A DNA stretch of 29,063 bases, from positions 1-29,063 of the IMG/VR virus record IMGVR_UViG_3300016472_000190; one strand, given 5' to 3'. The notes below the pieces were generated by a model. It searched no databases. It was not told the DNA's origin and saw nothing but the letters and a program-made list of their open reading frames with translations. The DNA comes from a virus (taxonomy: Duplodnaviria; Caudoviricetes). Both the position numbers and the translations under genes were made by a program. Positions 1-8,399 of the stretch are shown piece after piece; the first letter of the stretch is position 1; each line of letters starts with the position of its first letter.

Positions 1-11
1 CAGCAACTGAC

Positions 12-230
12 ATGGGCAACCTACTCGAGTTCATCGATCATAACTATAAGAACGTGGCATCGTATCTTATGGCTTGCGGCTTCGATTATTATGAGGGCAA
101 CTATAAGTATCGTAAATTTTACAACGATTACGAGAATAACCGCTGCATCATAATTGACCTCTACGATGACGCTGAACGCATTAATAAGGTCGAGATGGTA
201 CGAATGATTGACAAGGTGTATTCACGATGA
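12..230 (+). CDS. Hypothetical protein
   Basis: 72-aa ORF; ATGA overlap with next gene. Confidence 0.6.
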   Translation: MGNLLEFIDHNYKNVASYLMACGFDYYEGNYKYRKFYNDYENNRCIIIDLYDDAERINKVEMVRMIDKVYSR

Positions 231-625
231 ATAAACGCATTAAACGAGCCCACAAAGAGACAGACATCTACTTCGCCATTTCGCGATACATGAAGCATAA
301 GCATCCGAAAGTATTATGGCGTTTCGATTTCAGTGCAGGGGTGAAGATGACCATCGGGCAGGCGAAGTCGCACAAGGGGCTCAATCCGCATCGAGGCTAC
401 CCTGACCTGTTCATCTGCCAGCCAGCCAATGGTTATGCTGGGCTTTACATCGAGATTAAGAAGGATGGCGAACGAACGCAGCGCATCGATGGTACGCTCT
501 ACGCCGATCAGCATCTCGAAGAGCAACACGCGATGCTGAACCACCTCAATGCCATCGGCTACAAGGCAGTGTTCGGGATTGGATTGAATCAATGTATTGA
601 GATAATTGATGCTTATTTGAAATAA
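227..625 (+). CDS. VRR-NUC / PD-(D/E)xK nuclease (possible Holliday junction resolvase)
   Basis: GYPDLFI...GLYIEIK motif and C-terminal LNAIGYKAVF typical of phage VRR-NUC proteins. Confidence 0.8.
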   Translation: MNKRIKRAHKETDIYFAISRYMKHKHPKVLWRFDFSAGVKMTIGQAKSHKGLNPHRGYPDLFICQPANGYAGLYIEIKKDGERTQRIDGTLYADQHLEEQHAMLNHLNAIGYKAVFGIGLNQCIEIIDAYLK

Positions 626-631
626 AATTTG

Positions 632-639
632 TATATTTG
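632..639 (+). promoter_or_regulatory. Bacteroidetes sigma-A -7 promoter element
   Basis: TATATTTG matches TAnnTTTG, just after the stop of the upstream gene. Confidence 0.7.
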
Positions 640-641
640 AG

Positions 642-758
642 CGTTCAGAGGTCGAAGCCTGAATGATGTTTCAAAAATCTTGAAGCCCTTTGGGGGCTGC
701 GAGGCAAGGTTTAACAACCGAGCCGCTTCGACCGCAGCCATCAAAGGGCGTTTTTTTT
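642..758 (+). ncRNA. Structured leader RNA / attenuator candidate
   Basis: Hairpin 642-665 with loop GGTCGAAGC (650-658) complementary to GCTTCGACC (725-733); long stem 685-701/733-749; T8 tract 751-758. Confidence 0.65.
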
Positions 759-761
759 ACA

Positions 762-956
762 ATGGAAACTAATTATTTAGAACAAATCGAAGAGGCATTA
801 ATCAATGCAGCGATTAAAAAGCAAATTGAATTAGAACGTTTGGCTCATGATTTTAATGGCGACCATATTGCGGTTCTTGAACAATTGTTATTGCAAAAAA
901 GAAAATATTGGATTAGAAGAGGTTTAGAATTGTTTAACAACAACCTACCTTTTTAA
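762..956 (+). CDS. Hypothetical protein (start moved to ATG 762)
   Basis: The 5' part of the 690..956 ORF lies in the structured RNA; in-frame ATG follows the T tract. Confidence 0.6.
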   Translation: METNYLEQIEEALINAAIKKQIELERLAHDFNGDHIAVLEQLLLQKRKYWIRRGLELFNNNLPF

Positions 957-958
957 TT

Positions 959-1666
959 ATGTTTAATTACTTTAACGGTTATTGGAATTGGGCAGGCGAA
1001 AATCCTGCCCTCAATAACACTACCTCAACGGCTATTTATTTTTATATTGTTTCGGTAGCTAACCAACTTGGATGGAAGCCAGAGTTTAGCCTTTCATCAA
1101 CTCAAATTATGAACGGTTGCGGAATTGCAAACTATAAAACTTATAAAAAGCATTTAGACATTTTGATTGAAAACGGGCTAATAAAGGTTGTTCGTGAATC
1201 AAAAAACCAATATATGGCTAATGTATTTGCTTTGGTAAATTTTACCGAAGCACTACCGAAGCAAGACCAAAGCAATGCCGAAGCAATGCCGAAGCAATAC
1301 CAAAGCACAGCCCATATACATAAGACTATAAAGACTAATAAGACTAATAAAGAAAATAAAGAATATAGGTCTATAGATGAGATAAAATCATTTACTTTTT
1401 TTAAGACAGATGAAAAGCTGAATGAGGCATTCAAAAATTTTCTAATTAATCGAATAACGATTAAGGCATACCCAACAACTTTAGGAATTAGAAACCTTCT
1501 AAAGCAAATAGGTAAGATTTATAAAACACCTGAAGAAGCGATTGAAGGTATTGAAATTTCTATACAATCAAATTACAAAGGGTTATTTCCAGTTAATAAG
1601 CAAAACAACCTTAAACAACCTCAACCAACAAAGACACGCGCACAGATGGGCGTTAAGATGGAATAA
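959..1666 (+). CDS. Replication initiator (N-terminal winged-helix, lambda O/DnaD-like architecture)
   Basis: HTH-like N-terminus (STQIMNGCGIANYKTYKKHLDILIENGLI), central iteron-encoded linker, directly upstream of dnaB. Confidence 0.75.
   Translation: MFNYFNGYWNWAGENPALNNTTSTAIYFYIVSVANQLGWKPEFSLSSTQIMNGCGIANYKTYKKHLDILIENGLIKVVRESKNQYMANVFALVNFTEALPKQDQSNAEAMPKQYQSTAHIHKTIKTNKTNKENKEYRSIDEIKSFTFFKTDEKLNEAFKNFLINRITIKAYPTTLGIRNLLKQIGKIYKTPEEAIEGIEISIQSNYKGLFPVNKQNNLKQPQPTKTRAQMGVKME
1228..1365. repeat. Putative replication origin: iterons plus AT-rich repeats
   Basis: Six tandem 11-bp units RCCRAAGCAnn at 1244-1309, one inverted copy TGCTTTGGT at 1228-1236, then AT-rich 9-bp repeats (TAAGACTAA-like) at 1321-1365. 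Confidence 0.75.
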
Positions 1667-1676
1667 AATTACTACG

Positions 1677-1695
1677 TAAGCACTACGTGCCTAAA
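1677..1695. promoter_or_regulatory. Palindromic operator candidate, copy 1
   Basis: TAAGCACTACGTGCCTAAA; 18/19 identical to 3591-3609; immediately upstream of the dnaB -7 element. Confidence 0.6.
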
Positions 1696-1700
1696 AAAAA

Positions 1701-1708
1701 TAACTTTG
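1701..1708 (+). promoter_or_regulatory. -7 promoter element for dnaB
   Basis: TAACTTTG, 4 nt before the ATG. Confidence 0.65.
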
Positions 1709-1712
1709 AATT

Positions 1713-3104
1713 ATGAACAAACTGCCAAACACAGAACAAGCCCTCGTTTATCTTTGCCTTACCGGTGACGATAATTACAAGGAAATTGCGCCGCAGCTTA
1801 TCGATGAACACTTCAGCGATGAAACCGCGCTCAAAGCATTTAAGGTTATTAATGCCATAATGAAGGATGGTAAGCACCCGACATTCGTTACCTTCGGCAA
1901 ATACGCTCAAATCGATAAGCAGCTCACGCCTCAACAGATTTCAAGCGTTACACAATGGGGCAATGAGTTGAGCTATTCTGAACCGATTAATGAGTACATC
2001 GCAATTCTCAAAGATGAGCACATCAAACGCAATATTAACAGCATACTAACCGAAGAGGCACTCGGGCTTGGTAAGTTACGCAGCGGAGGTGAAACAGCCG
2101 TTAACATCATTAAACGCCTCAACACGCTGATCGAGAATGGTAGCCCTACCGATAACATCATTACAACGCTCGAGCTAACCCACGAAGAGCGGCAGGCATA
2201 CTACCGCCGCGCTGCATTGCATCAGAGCGGCAAGACAAGCGGACTCAATACAGGCATCGCAGCACTTAACCGATTCACAGGTGGCTTCCATCCCGAGCTC
2301 ATAATCATTGCCGGAAGGCCATCGATGGGGAAGACCGCCCTCGCGCTTTACCACGCTTGCCAGTTCAATGAGCCTGGCATTTACTTCAACCTCGAGATGA
2401 ACCAATCGCAGCTATGCCAGCGGTTAATCCTTCAACACTCAAAAGATGCAATCAATAGCGCAAGGCTTCGCGATGGCAACCTATCTCAGCCCGAGCTTCA
2501 CGCATTCGAATCCACGATCGGGTTAGTTGAGAAGCTACCCATCACGATTTACGATAAGCCTCGATGCGGTGTGCATGAGGCAATACGCATAATGCGCCGC
2601 GAGGCACGTAAGAAAAATTGCAAGTGGGCAATCATTGACTACCTTCAGCTAATGACCATTGAGGGCTTCAGAGGCGGTAATCGTGAGGCTGAGGTGGCTG
2701 AGATAAGCCGAACGCTAAAAGCCGCGCAGAAGGAGCTTAACATACCCATTATCGCACTTGCCCAGTTAAGCAGACAGGTTGAGCAACGCGCTGATAAGCG
2801 ACCGATACTTTCAGACCTTCGCGAATCGGGCAGCATCGAGCAAGATGCCGACACCGTGATGTTTGTCTATCGACCTGAATATTACGGATTGAATGATGAA
2901 GCTGGCAACCCTTATAGCTCAGATGTGTTTTACTTATTTGAAAAGCATCGACAAGGCTCAACAGGTGAGGTGCGGTTCAAGCATAACAGCACGCTCACGA
3001 GCTTCTACGATAGTGGCTCGAGTGGTGGCAGCACATACCTACCAGTTGAGGTCGAAACGAAGGCAATGCAGCCGAATGAATCTTTTGACATAACGCCGTT
3101 CTAA
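1713..3104 (+). CDS. dnaB: Replicative DNA helicase DnaB
   Basis: Walker A AGRPSMGKT, IIDYLQL, LAQLSRQVE and LSDLRESGSIEQDAD motifs. Confidence 0.95.
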   Translation: MNKLPNTEQALVYLCLTGDDNYKEIAPQLIDEHFSDETALKAFKVINAIMKDGKHPTFVTFGKYAQIDKQLTPQQISSVTQWGNELSYSEPINEYIAILKDEHIKRNINSILTEEALGLGKLRSGGETAVNIIKRLNTLIENGSPTDNIITTLELTHEERQAYYRRAALHQSGKTSGLNTGIAALNRFTGGFHPELIIIAGRPSMGKTALALYHACQFNEPGIYFNLEMNQSQLCQRLILQHSKDAINSARLRDGNLSQPELHAFESTIGLVEKLPITIYDKPRCGVHEAIRIMRREARKKNCKWAIIDYLQLMTIEGFRGGNREAEVAEISRTLKAAQKELNIPIIALAQLSRQVEQRADKRPILSDLRESGSIEQDADTVMFVYRPEYYGLNDEAGNPYSSDVFYLFEKHRQGSTGEVRFKHNSTLTSFYDSGSSGGSTYLPVEVETKAMQPNESFDITPF

Positions 3105-3322
3105 TGAAAAAAGAATATTTTGAAACAACGAGCACAATTATAAACGGAGATGTAAAAAGGTTTATAAGAAGGATTCATTATGAAGCCATGTGTAATATTG
3201 ACGATGGGCTTACTACTGATTATTGCAAAAAGTTAGAAAGAATGATAAAAAACCATATTGAAATTGAGCAATACGAAATAGCAGAAGGCTTAAAAATGTG
3301 TATTGAAACATTAACGCAATGA
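3104..3322 (+). CDS. Hypothetical protein
   Basis: 72 aa; TAATG coupling to dnaB; AT-rich. Confidence 0.6.
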   Translation: MKKEYFETTSTIINGDVKRFIRRIHYEAMCNIDDGLTTDYCKKLERMIKNHIEIEQYEIAEGLKMCIETLTQ

Positions 3323-3555
3323 CAATCGAAGAGCAACTAATCGAGCGCATGAATAATTACTACCCGAGCGATGTAGCCTTAACCGATGGATGTGTAACCT
3401 ATCACAGCACAGCCCGAACGCACCGAAGCTACGCAGGGCAATTGAAACACGCACCCGATGGCTCATTCGTGCGCAAGTTATATCTCAAACGCTGCTATGA
3501 GTGGCTAATGCTTCTGAAAAAAAACGGCATCGAAATGCATCACGCAATCAAATAA
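3319..3555 (+). CDS. Hypothetical protein
   Basis: 78 aa; ATGA coupling. Confidence 0.65.
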   Translation: MTIEEQLIERMNNYYPSDVALTDGCVTYHSTARTHRSYAGQLKHAPDGSFVRKLYLKRCYEWLMLLKKNGIEMHHAIK

Positions 3556-3560
3556 ATACT

Positions 3561-3568
3561 TATCTTTG
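3561..3568 (+). promoter_or_regulatory. -7 promoter element
   Basis: TATCTTTG, followed by in-frame ATGs at 3572 and 3575. Confidence 0.65.
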
Positions 3569-3571
3569 CAA

Positions 3572-3787
3572 ATGATGGAAAGCGAAAAAATAAGCACTAA
3601 GTGCCTAAACACAGGGCGAGGAGGTTACCGCGAGGGCTCGGGCGCAAAGCCGCTATATGGCGAGCGAACGGTTAACATTACCTTCCGCGTTCCTGAATCA
3701 CATAAGTCAACAATTCGCCGCATGGTTTACGATTACATGGATGGATTAAAGACTAACCGGAAGCATGAATCAGAATATGGCTGCTAA
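3572..3787 (+). CDS. Small ribbon-helix-helix-like DNA-binding protein
   Basis: GRGGYREGSGAKP arm followed by beta strand TVNITFRVP and helix ESHKSTIRRMVYDYM. Confidence 0.6.
   Translation: MMESEKISTKCLNTGRGGYREGSGAKPLYGERTVNITFRVPESHKSTIRRMVYDYMDGLKTNRKHESEYGC
3591..3609. promoter_or_regulatory. Palindromic operator candidate, copy 2
   Basis: TAAGCACTAAGTGCCTAAA, 22 nt downstream of the 3561 promoter element. Confidence 0.6.
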
Positions 3788-4160
3788 CTTATTGACCATA
3801 CCATGCGCCATTGAATCGGTAGCAACGCGCCGCGATAAGACCATCAAGGTTACAATCGGCACGCAGGAGCTTTCACCCGAACAAACGAGCGCACTCTTCA
3901 ACCAATGGATGGGTGGGGTAGGTGTTATGGCATTCAAGGGCGAGCAGTTCAATTACAACGATGAACAGCTACTCAATAACCTGAAGCTCGATGCTGCCGA
4001 GCTTGGAAGCAAGACACCGAGCCAGCGGCTACGCTCAACGCTCTACGTGCTATTCGAACACGCCCCAGAAGGGCATAAGGACTTTAACAGCTTCTACGCG
4101 GCAATGATGGAGAAATTCATTGATATGGTAAAGAAACGCATTGACACCTACAACCTATGA
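3777..4160 (+). CDS. Hypothetical phage protein (start 3765 or 3777)
   Basis: Long ORF coupled to both neighbours; KTPSQRLRSTLY segment. Confidence 0.75.
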   Translation: MAANLLTIPCAIESVATRRDKTIKVTIGTQELSPEQTSALFNQWMGGVGVMAFKGEQFNYNDEQLLNNLKLDAAELGSKTPSQRLRSTLYVLFEHAPEGHKDFNSFYAAMMEKFIDMVKKRIDTYNL

Positions 4161-4528
4161 CACGCAGATTAAGAGCCGGAGTATTCATTGATTCAGAGGT
4201 GAACGGCGTGCCGCATTACTTCGGCTACCTCACTCACCCAAGCATGGAGTACGATATTGCCGTTGCATTCACCGAAAAAGACCTTAAAGGCTTCGCAGAT
4301 GTAAATAAGCTAATTCTGCCCACCGATGAACCCGAGTATAAGTTCGGGGTAATATTACCAACCGAAGACCGCGATAAGAATAATGCCTTTACGTGCAAAG
4401 TATTCGCCGATGGTAAGATACATAACCTTGTAATTTATCCAAGGCAATACAATCAAATCGCAACTAACGGGCATAGCGTAAATGCACAGCACGAAAGCCG
4501 TATATTTAACGAATTAATCACAGCATAA
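4157..4528 (+). CDS. Hypothetical protein
   Basis: 123 aa; ATGA and TAATG couplings. Confidence 0.7.
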   Translation: MTRRLRAGVFIDSEVNGVPHYFGYLTHPSMEYDIAVAFTEKDLKGFADVNKLILPTDEPEYKFGVILPTEDRDKNNAFTCKVFADGKIHNLVIYPRQYNQIATNGHSVNAQHESRIFNELITA

Positions 4529-4671
4529 TGCCACTATTCCAAGGCGATAGCCAAACCATCATCAGCATGAACATCCGCAAGCTAATCAGCGAGGGATATT
4601 CACCTGAACAAGCGGCAGCGATAGCCTACGCCGAAGCTGAAAAGTATAAACAAAAGCGAGGTAAGCGATGA
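4528..4671 (+). CDS. Small phage protein, 47 aa (absent from ORF track)
   Basis: MPLFQGDSQTIISMNIRKLISEGYSPEQAAAIAYAEAEKYKQKRGKR; TAATG and ATGA overlaps at both ends. Confidence 0.8.
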   Translation: MPLFQGDSQTIISMNIRKLISEGYSPEQAAAIAYAEAEKYKQKRGKR

Positions 4672-5903
4672 ACGTGCAATTAATAAACATATCCGAGCTA
4701 ACGGTTAACCCGAACAATCCGCGCATCATTAAGGATGAAAAGTTCGATAAGCTGGTGCAATCGATTAAGGAGTTCCCCGAAATGCTAAAGTACCGCCCGA
4801 TAGTGGTGGATGAGAATAACGTGATTTTAGGCGGTAATATGCGTTTTAAGGCATGCAAAGCGGCAAAGCTGAAGCAAGTGCATGTCATGAAGGCAAACGA
4901 GCTCACAGAGGCTCAAAAGCGCGAATTTATAATTAAGGACAATGTAAGCGGCGGCGAATGGGATTGGGCGTTGCTTCAAACCGAATGGGACACCGAGCAG
5001 CTCGATGCTTGGGGTGTGGATGTGCCCGACTTCGAACGCGAGCAGGAACTCGAAGCAGTTGAGGACGATTACGAGATGCCCGATGAAATACAAACCGACA
5101 TCGTGCTGGGCGACCTATTCGAGATAGGCGATCATCGTTTGCTTTGTGGGGATAGTACGAATGCGGATGATGTGGCAAGGTTGATGGATCGAGGTAAAGC
5201 TATTTTAATGGTTACAGATCCGCCTTATGGGGTTAATTATGATGCGACTTGGAGAGCTGATGCTTTAGGAGATAAATTGATAGGAAAACCAAGAGAAGGT
5301 TTAGTGTCAAATGATGATCGTGCTGATTGGACTGAGGTTTGGGCATTATTTGAAGGCGATATTGCTTATGTGTGGCACGCTTCAAAATTTGCTGATGTTG
5401 TAATGAAAAGTTTGAGAGATTCTGGATTCGAAATAAAACAGCAAATAATTTGGAATAAATCTGTGATGGTTTTAGGAAGGGCAGATTATCATTTTAAACA
5501 CGAACCATGCTGGTATGCAGTAAGAAAAGGCAAGAACCACAACTGGCAAGGAAATAGAAAATTAACAACCGTTTGGGATGCAGCTCCGCCTACACATATT
5601 ATGAGTGGAAGCAAAGAAGAAAAAACAAGCCACCCCACACAAAAAGCATCGATTTGTATGTCTATTCCTATACAAAACAAGTCAAAAATAGGGGATGGAG
5701 TATATGATCCATTTCTTGGTTCAGGAACCACAATGGTAGCCGCCCACCAACTTAAACGCAAAAGCTACGGCATGGAACTTGACCCGAAGTATTGCCAAGT
5801 GATTATTGACCGCATGATAAAGCTCGACCCTACGCTTACAATCAAGCGCAATGGGCAGCCGTATAAAACAGACGAAATACAGACGTATGGCATTTCCGCA
5901 TGA
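4668..5903 (+). CDS. ParB-like N-terminal domain fused to beta-class N6A/N4C DNA methyltransferase
   Basis: NPNNPR...RPIVVD...GGNMR ParB motif; TDPPY catalytic motif precedes DPFLGSGTT SAM motif; HPTQK. Confidence 0.9.
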   Translation: MNVQLINISELTVNPNNPRIIKDEKFDKLVQSIKEFPEMLKYRPIVVDENNVILGGNMRFKACKAAKLKQVHVMKANELTEAQKREFIIKDNVSGGEWDWALLQTEWDTEQLDAWGVDVPDFEREQELEAVEDDYEMPDEIQTDIVLGDLFEIGDHRLLCGDSTNADDVARLMDRGKAILMVTDPPYGVNYDATWRADALGDKLIGKPREGLVSNDDRADWTEVWALFEGDIAYVWHASKFADVVMKSLRDSGFEIKQQIIWNKSVMVLGRADYHFKHEPCWYAVRKGKNHNWQGNRKLTTVWDAAPPTHIMSGSKEEKTSHPTQKASICMSIPIQNKSKIGDGVYDPFLGSGTTMVAAHQLKRKSYGMELDPKYCQVIIDRMIKLDPTLTIKRNGQPYKTDEIQTYGISA

Positions 5904-6189
5904 TGGAAAAAAAATGAAGAAGGGTGAAACACTAAACCCGAACGGTCGGCCTCGCAAGCTGCCCGAGCTTCACGTATTGCTCGCTGATGTATTGGGCGAA
6001 GAGAAGGACGGCATGACAGCAGCCGAAGCGATACTCAAAGCGATACGTGCTCGCGCTGCGAAGGGCGATACACGCGCAGCCGAGCTGTTGCTCGATAGGG
6101 CTTACGGCAAGCCGAAGCAGACAAACGAGACCACGCTCAAGACAACCGAGCCGTTGGTGATTATCAAAACGAAGGAGCCGGATGCTTAA
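5887..6189 (+). CDS. terS: Terminase small subunit (probable)
   Basis: KKGETLNPNGRP motif, AAKGDTRAAELLLDRAYGKP; upstream of terL; start moved to ATG 5887. Confidence 0.7.
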   Translation: MAFPHDGKKMKKGETLNPNGRPRKLPELHVLLADVLGEEKDGMTAAEAILKAIRARAAKGDTRAAELLLDRAYGKPKQTNETTLKTTEPLVIIKTKEPDA

Positions 6190-6307
6190 AGCGATTGGCA
6201 TCGGTGTGATTGCAACGCTGTTCATCGTTGCCCTTGCGTATGGGATTGTGCTTGTTATTCGGAACATGATCGACTGCCTGCCCGACCCGAATGATGAAGA
6301 GGATTAA
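6182..6307 (+). CDS. Small single-pass membrane protein, 41 aa (absent from ORF track)
   Basis: MLKAIGIGVIATLFIVALAYGIVLVIRNMIDCLPDPNDEED; overlaps the terS stop, TAATG coupling to terL. Confidence 0.65.
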   Translation: MLKAIGIGVIATLFIVALAYGIVLVIRNMIDCLPDPNDEED

Positions 6308-7584
6308 TGAACTACGAATTATTTGAAAGGCAGTCCATAGCACTCGAGGCAGTTGAGTCTGGGCAGTACCGTGTGATAGTGTTTGGGGGCAGTATACGTG
6401 GTGGCAAAACCACTTGGCTGCTAATCACACTTGTTTACCTTGCGCTGCAATATCCGCGCAGCCGTTGGGTGATTATTCGCCGCAGCCTGCCCGACCTGAA
6501 GCGCACCACATTCCCGAGCTTCAGCTCGATACTTGACGATGGCGTGAACCAGTACGTCGAGAGCTGGAATCGCGACACGCAAGTGGTGACCTTCATTAAC
6601 GGCAGTGAGCTTATCTTCATGGCAGAGAGCTTTGACGATGACAAAGACCTCAACCGCTTCAAAGGGCTCGAGGTGAACGGCGCGGGCTTGGATGAAGTGA
6701 ATGAGCTGCAAGAGCAGACATTCTACAAAGTGCAAGAGCGCATCGGCAGTTGGAACAAGGCAATAGGTCAGCCGCCAATCGTGTGCTTGGCAACATGCAA
6801 CCCAGCGAACAACTGGGTGAAGACCGTTATCTACGAACGCTACCGCGAGAACAGCCTACCCGAGCGATGGACATTCATCCCGAGCAAGATTACAGATAAC
6901 CCGCACATCCCAGCCGAATACCTTGAGAGCCTGAAGGAGCTGCCACCAGTTCAGTACGCACGATTCGTGGAAGGCGATTGGGATGTGATGGACGATGTAG
7001 CTAACCCATTCCTCTACGAGTGGGATGACGATAAGCACATCGATGACAGCGTGCAGCTCAACCGCAATATGCCAGTGCACATCAGCGTTGACTTCAACAT
7101 CAATCCGCTTTGCGCTTTGGTCATTCAGCACGTTGGCAGGGGCGCGGTTGTGGTGGATGAGATAAGGATTGAGAAGGGCAGCGTGGATGCGTTCTGCGAT
7201 GCCGTGCTTGCGTTGAGCGTACCAATCGGGCTGATACGCATAACAGGCGATGCGATGGGTAAGGGCGGCACGGTGCAGCAAAGGGATAACTCCAGCGCGT
7301 ACACCATGATTAAGCGAAGGCTGAACATGAGCGACAGCCAGTTTCTTATTCCGGCCAACCCAACGCACTACAACAGCCGCATCGATTGCAACGCTGCGCT
7401 GCGCAAGCTCGACATCCGCGTGAACTCGAAGCGGTGCAAGGGATTTGTCTTCGATGCGAAGCAAGTGCAATGTGATGCGAATGGTAGCATCATAAAGGCC
7501 AACCGAAAAAACATAGCCGAGCGTGCTGATTTTCTCGATTGTTTCCGTTACTTTGTAAACGCAATTCTAAAGCGATACCTATGA
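6307..7584 (+). CDS. terL: Terminase large subunit
   Basis: Walker A GGSIRGGKT, Walker B AGLDE, TCNP coupling motif, nuclease SVDFN and DFLDCFRY. Confidence 0.92.
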   Translation: MNYELFERQSIALEAVESGQYRVIVFGGSIRGGKTTWLLITLVYLALQYPRSRWVIIRRSLPDLKRTTFPSFSSILDDGVNQYVESWNRDTQVVTFINGSELIFMAESFDDDKDLNRFKGLEVNGAGLDEVNELQEQTFYKVQERIGSWNKAIGQPPIVCLATCNPANNWVKTVIYERYRENSLPERWTFIPSKITDNPHIPAEYLESLKELPPVQYARFVEGDWDVMDDVANPFLYEWDDDKHIDDSVQLNRNMPVHISVDFNINPLCALVIQHVGRGAVVVDEIRIEKGSVDAFCDAVLALSVPIGLIRITGDAMGKGGTVQQRDNSSAYTMIKRRLNMSDSQFLIPANPTHYNSRIDCNAALRKLDIRVNSKRCKGFVFDAKQVQCDANGSIIKANRKNIAERADFLDCFRYFVNAILKRYL

Positions 7585-7925
7585 GCGTATGTTCACCTTG
7601 TTTCGATAGCAGCATAACTGTCGATGATTGCTTTACCACGATAGAGTTCGGCGTAGTCGAGCCTAATACCGAATACCAAATCGATATAAAGCATAATGCG
7701 ACGAGCAGGGTGCAGAGCTATCAAACCACGTCAGATGCCAATGGCATGCTGCAAATATTTAGAGCCGACTTCTCCTTTGACCCGAACCAATGCTACACGA
7801 TAAGCCTGCGCAACTGCGCTACCTTCCTTATCTGCGAGGTTGAGTACACCTGCATCAGCTTTTGTGTTAGCAAGACCGACCTATCGGACACATTCATAAA
7901 CCTACTCGAATGCGTGGAGTGCTAA
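7581..7925 (+). CDS. Cys-rich beta-strand hypothetical protein (possibly virion-associated)
   Basis: ATGA overlap with terL stop gives start MSVCSPCF. Confidence 0.65.
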   Translation: MSVCSPCFDSSITVDDCFTTIEFGVVEPNTEYQIDIKHNATSRVQSYQTTSDANGMLQIFRADFSFDPNQCYTISLRNCATFLICEVEYTCISFCVSKTDLSDTFINLLECVEC

Positions 7926-8128
7926 AAAAACTAAAGAGCATCGCACACGGCTGGGCGTTGTGGGCGTTTGACAGCAAGGAAAGCCGCGAGGTGATGAAGC
8001 CGCGCATGGAGATATGCAAGACCTGCCCCTATCGCATTAAGCTGACCGACACTTGCCGCGAATGCGGATGCTTCCTACCTGCCAAGACCCGAGTGCCTGA
8101 TGAAGAGTGCCCGCTGCTCCGTTGGTAA
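7910..8128 (+). CDS. Small Cys-cluster protein (DUF6171-like)
   Basis: RMEICKTCP...CRECGCFLPAKT...CPLLRW pattern. Confidence 0.7.
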   Translation: MRGVLKKLKSIAHGWALWAFDSKESREVMKPRMEICKTCPYRIKLTDTCRECGCFLPAKTRVPDEECPLLRW

Positions 8129-8144
8129 GCAAGACCTGCCTGAC

Positions 8145-8399
8145 ATGATGACTGGCTTCATCTTGGTAAGTGCGCTCCAGCACAAGGATGAAGTCGATGA
8201 GCTGCTCGACAGCGAAGAGCGATGGCTTGACCTGGTAATTAACACAAGCGACATCAGCGTAGTCTATGAGGACGAGATTGGCGAAAGGTGCTACATAACG
8301 CTGATAAGTAATGACAAGGAGATAACAACAAAGAATACCCTGGATGAAATTATTCAAAAGATTAGGCGATCGACTGCAATCAATATTTACTCGCAGTAA
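8145..8399 (+). CDS. Hypothetical protein (start 8145/8148)
   Basis: In-frame ATGs just after the upstream stop; acidic, beta-rich. Confidence 0.6.
   Translation: MMTGFILVSALQHKDEVDELLDSEERWLDLVINTSDISVVYEDEIGERCYITLISNDKEITTKNTLDEIIQKIRRSTAINIYSQ

Noticed and set aside
690-761. N-terminal 24 codons of the 690..956 ORF
   Set aside because: TTG start lies inside the structured RNA stem; ATG 762 is the more plausible start
1244-1365. Tandem repeats as a CRISPR array
   Set aside because: Units are 9-11 bp, contiguous, without spacers, and lie inside a coding gene
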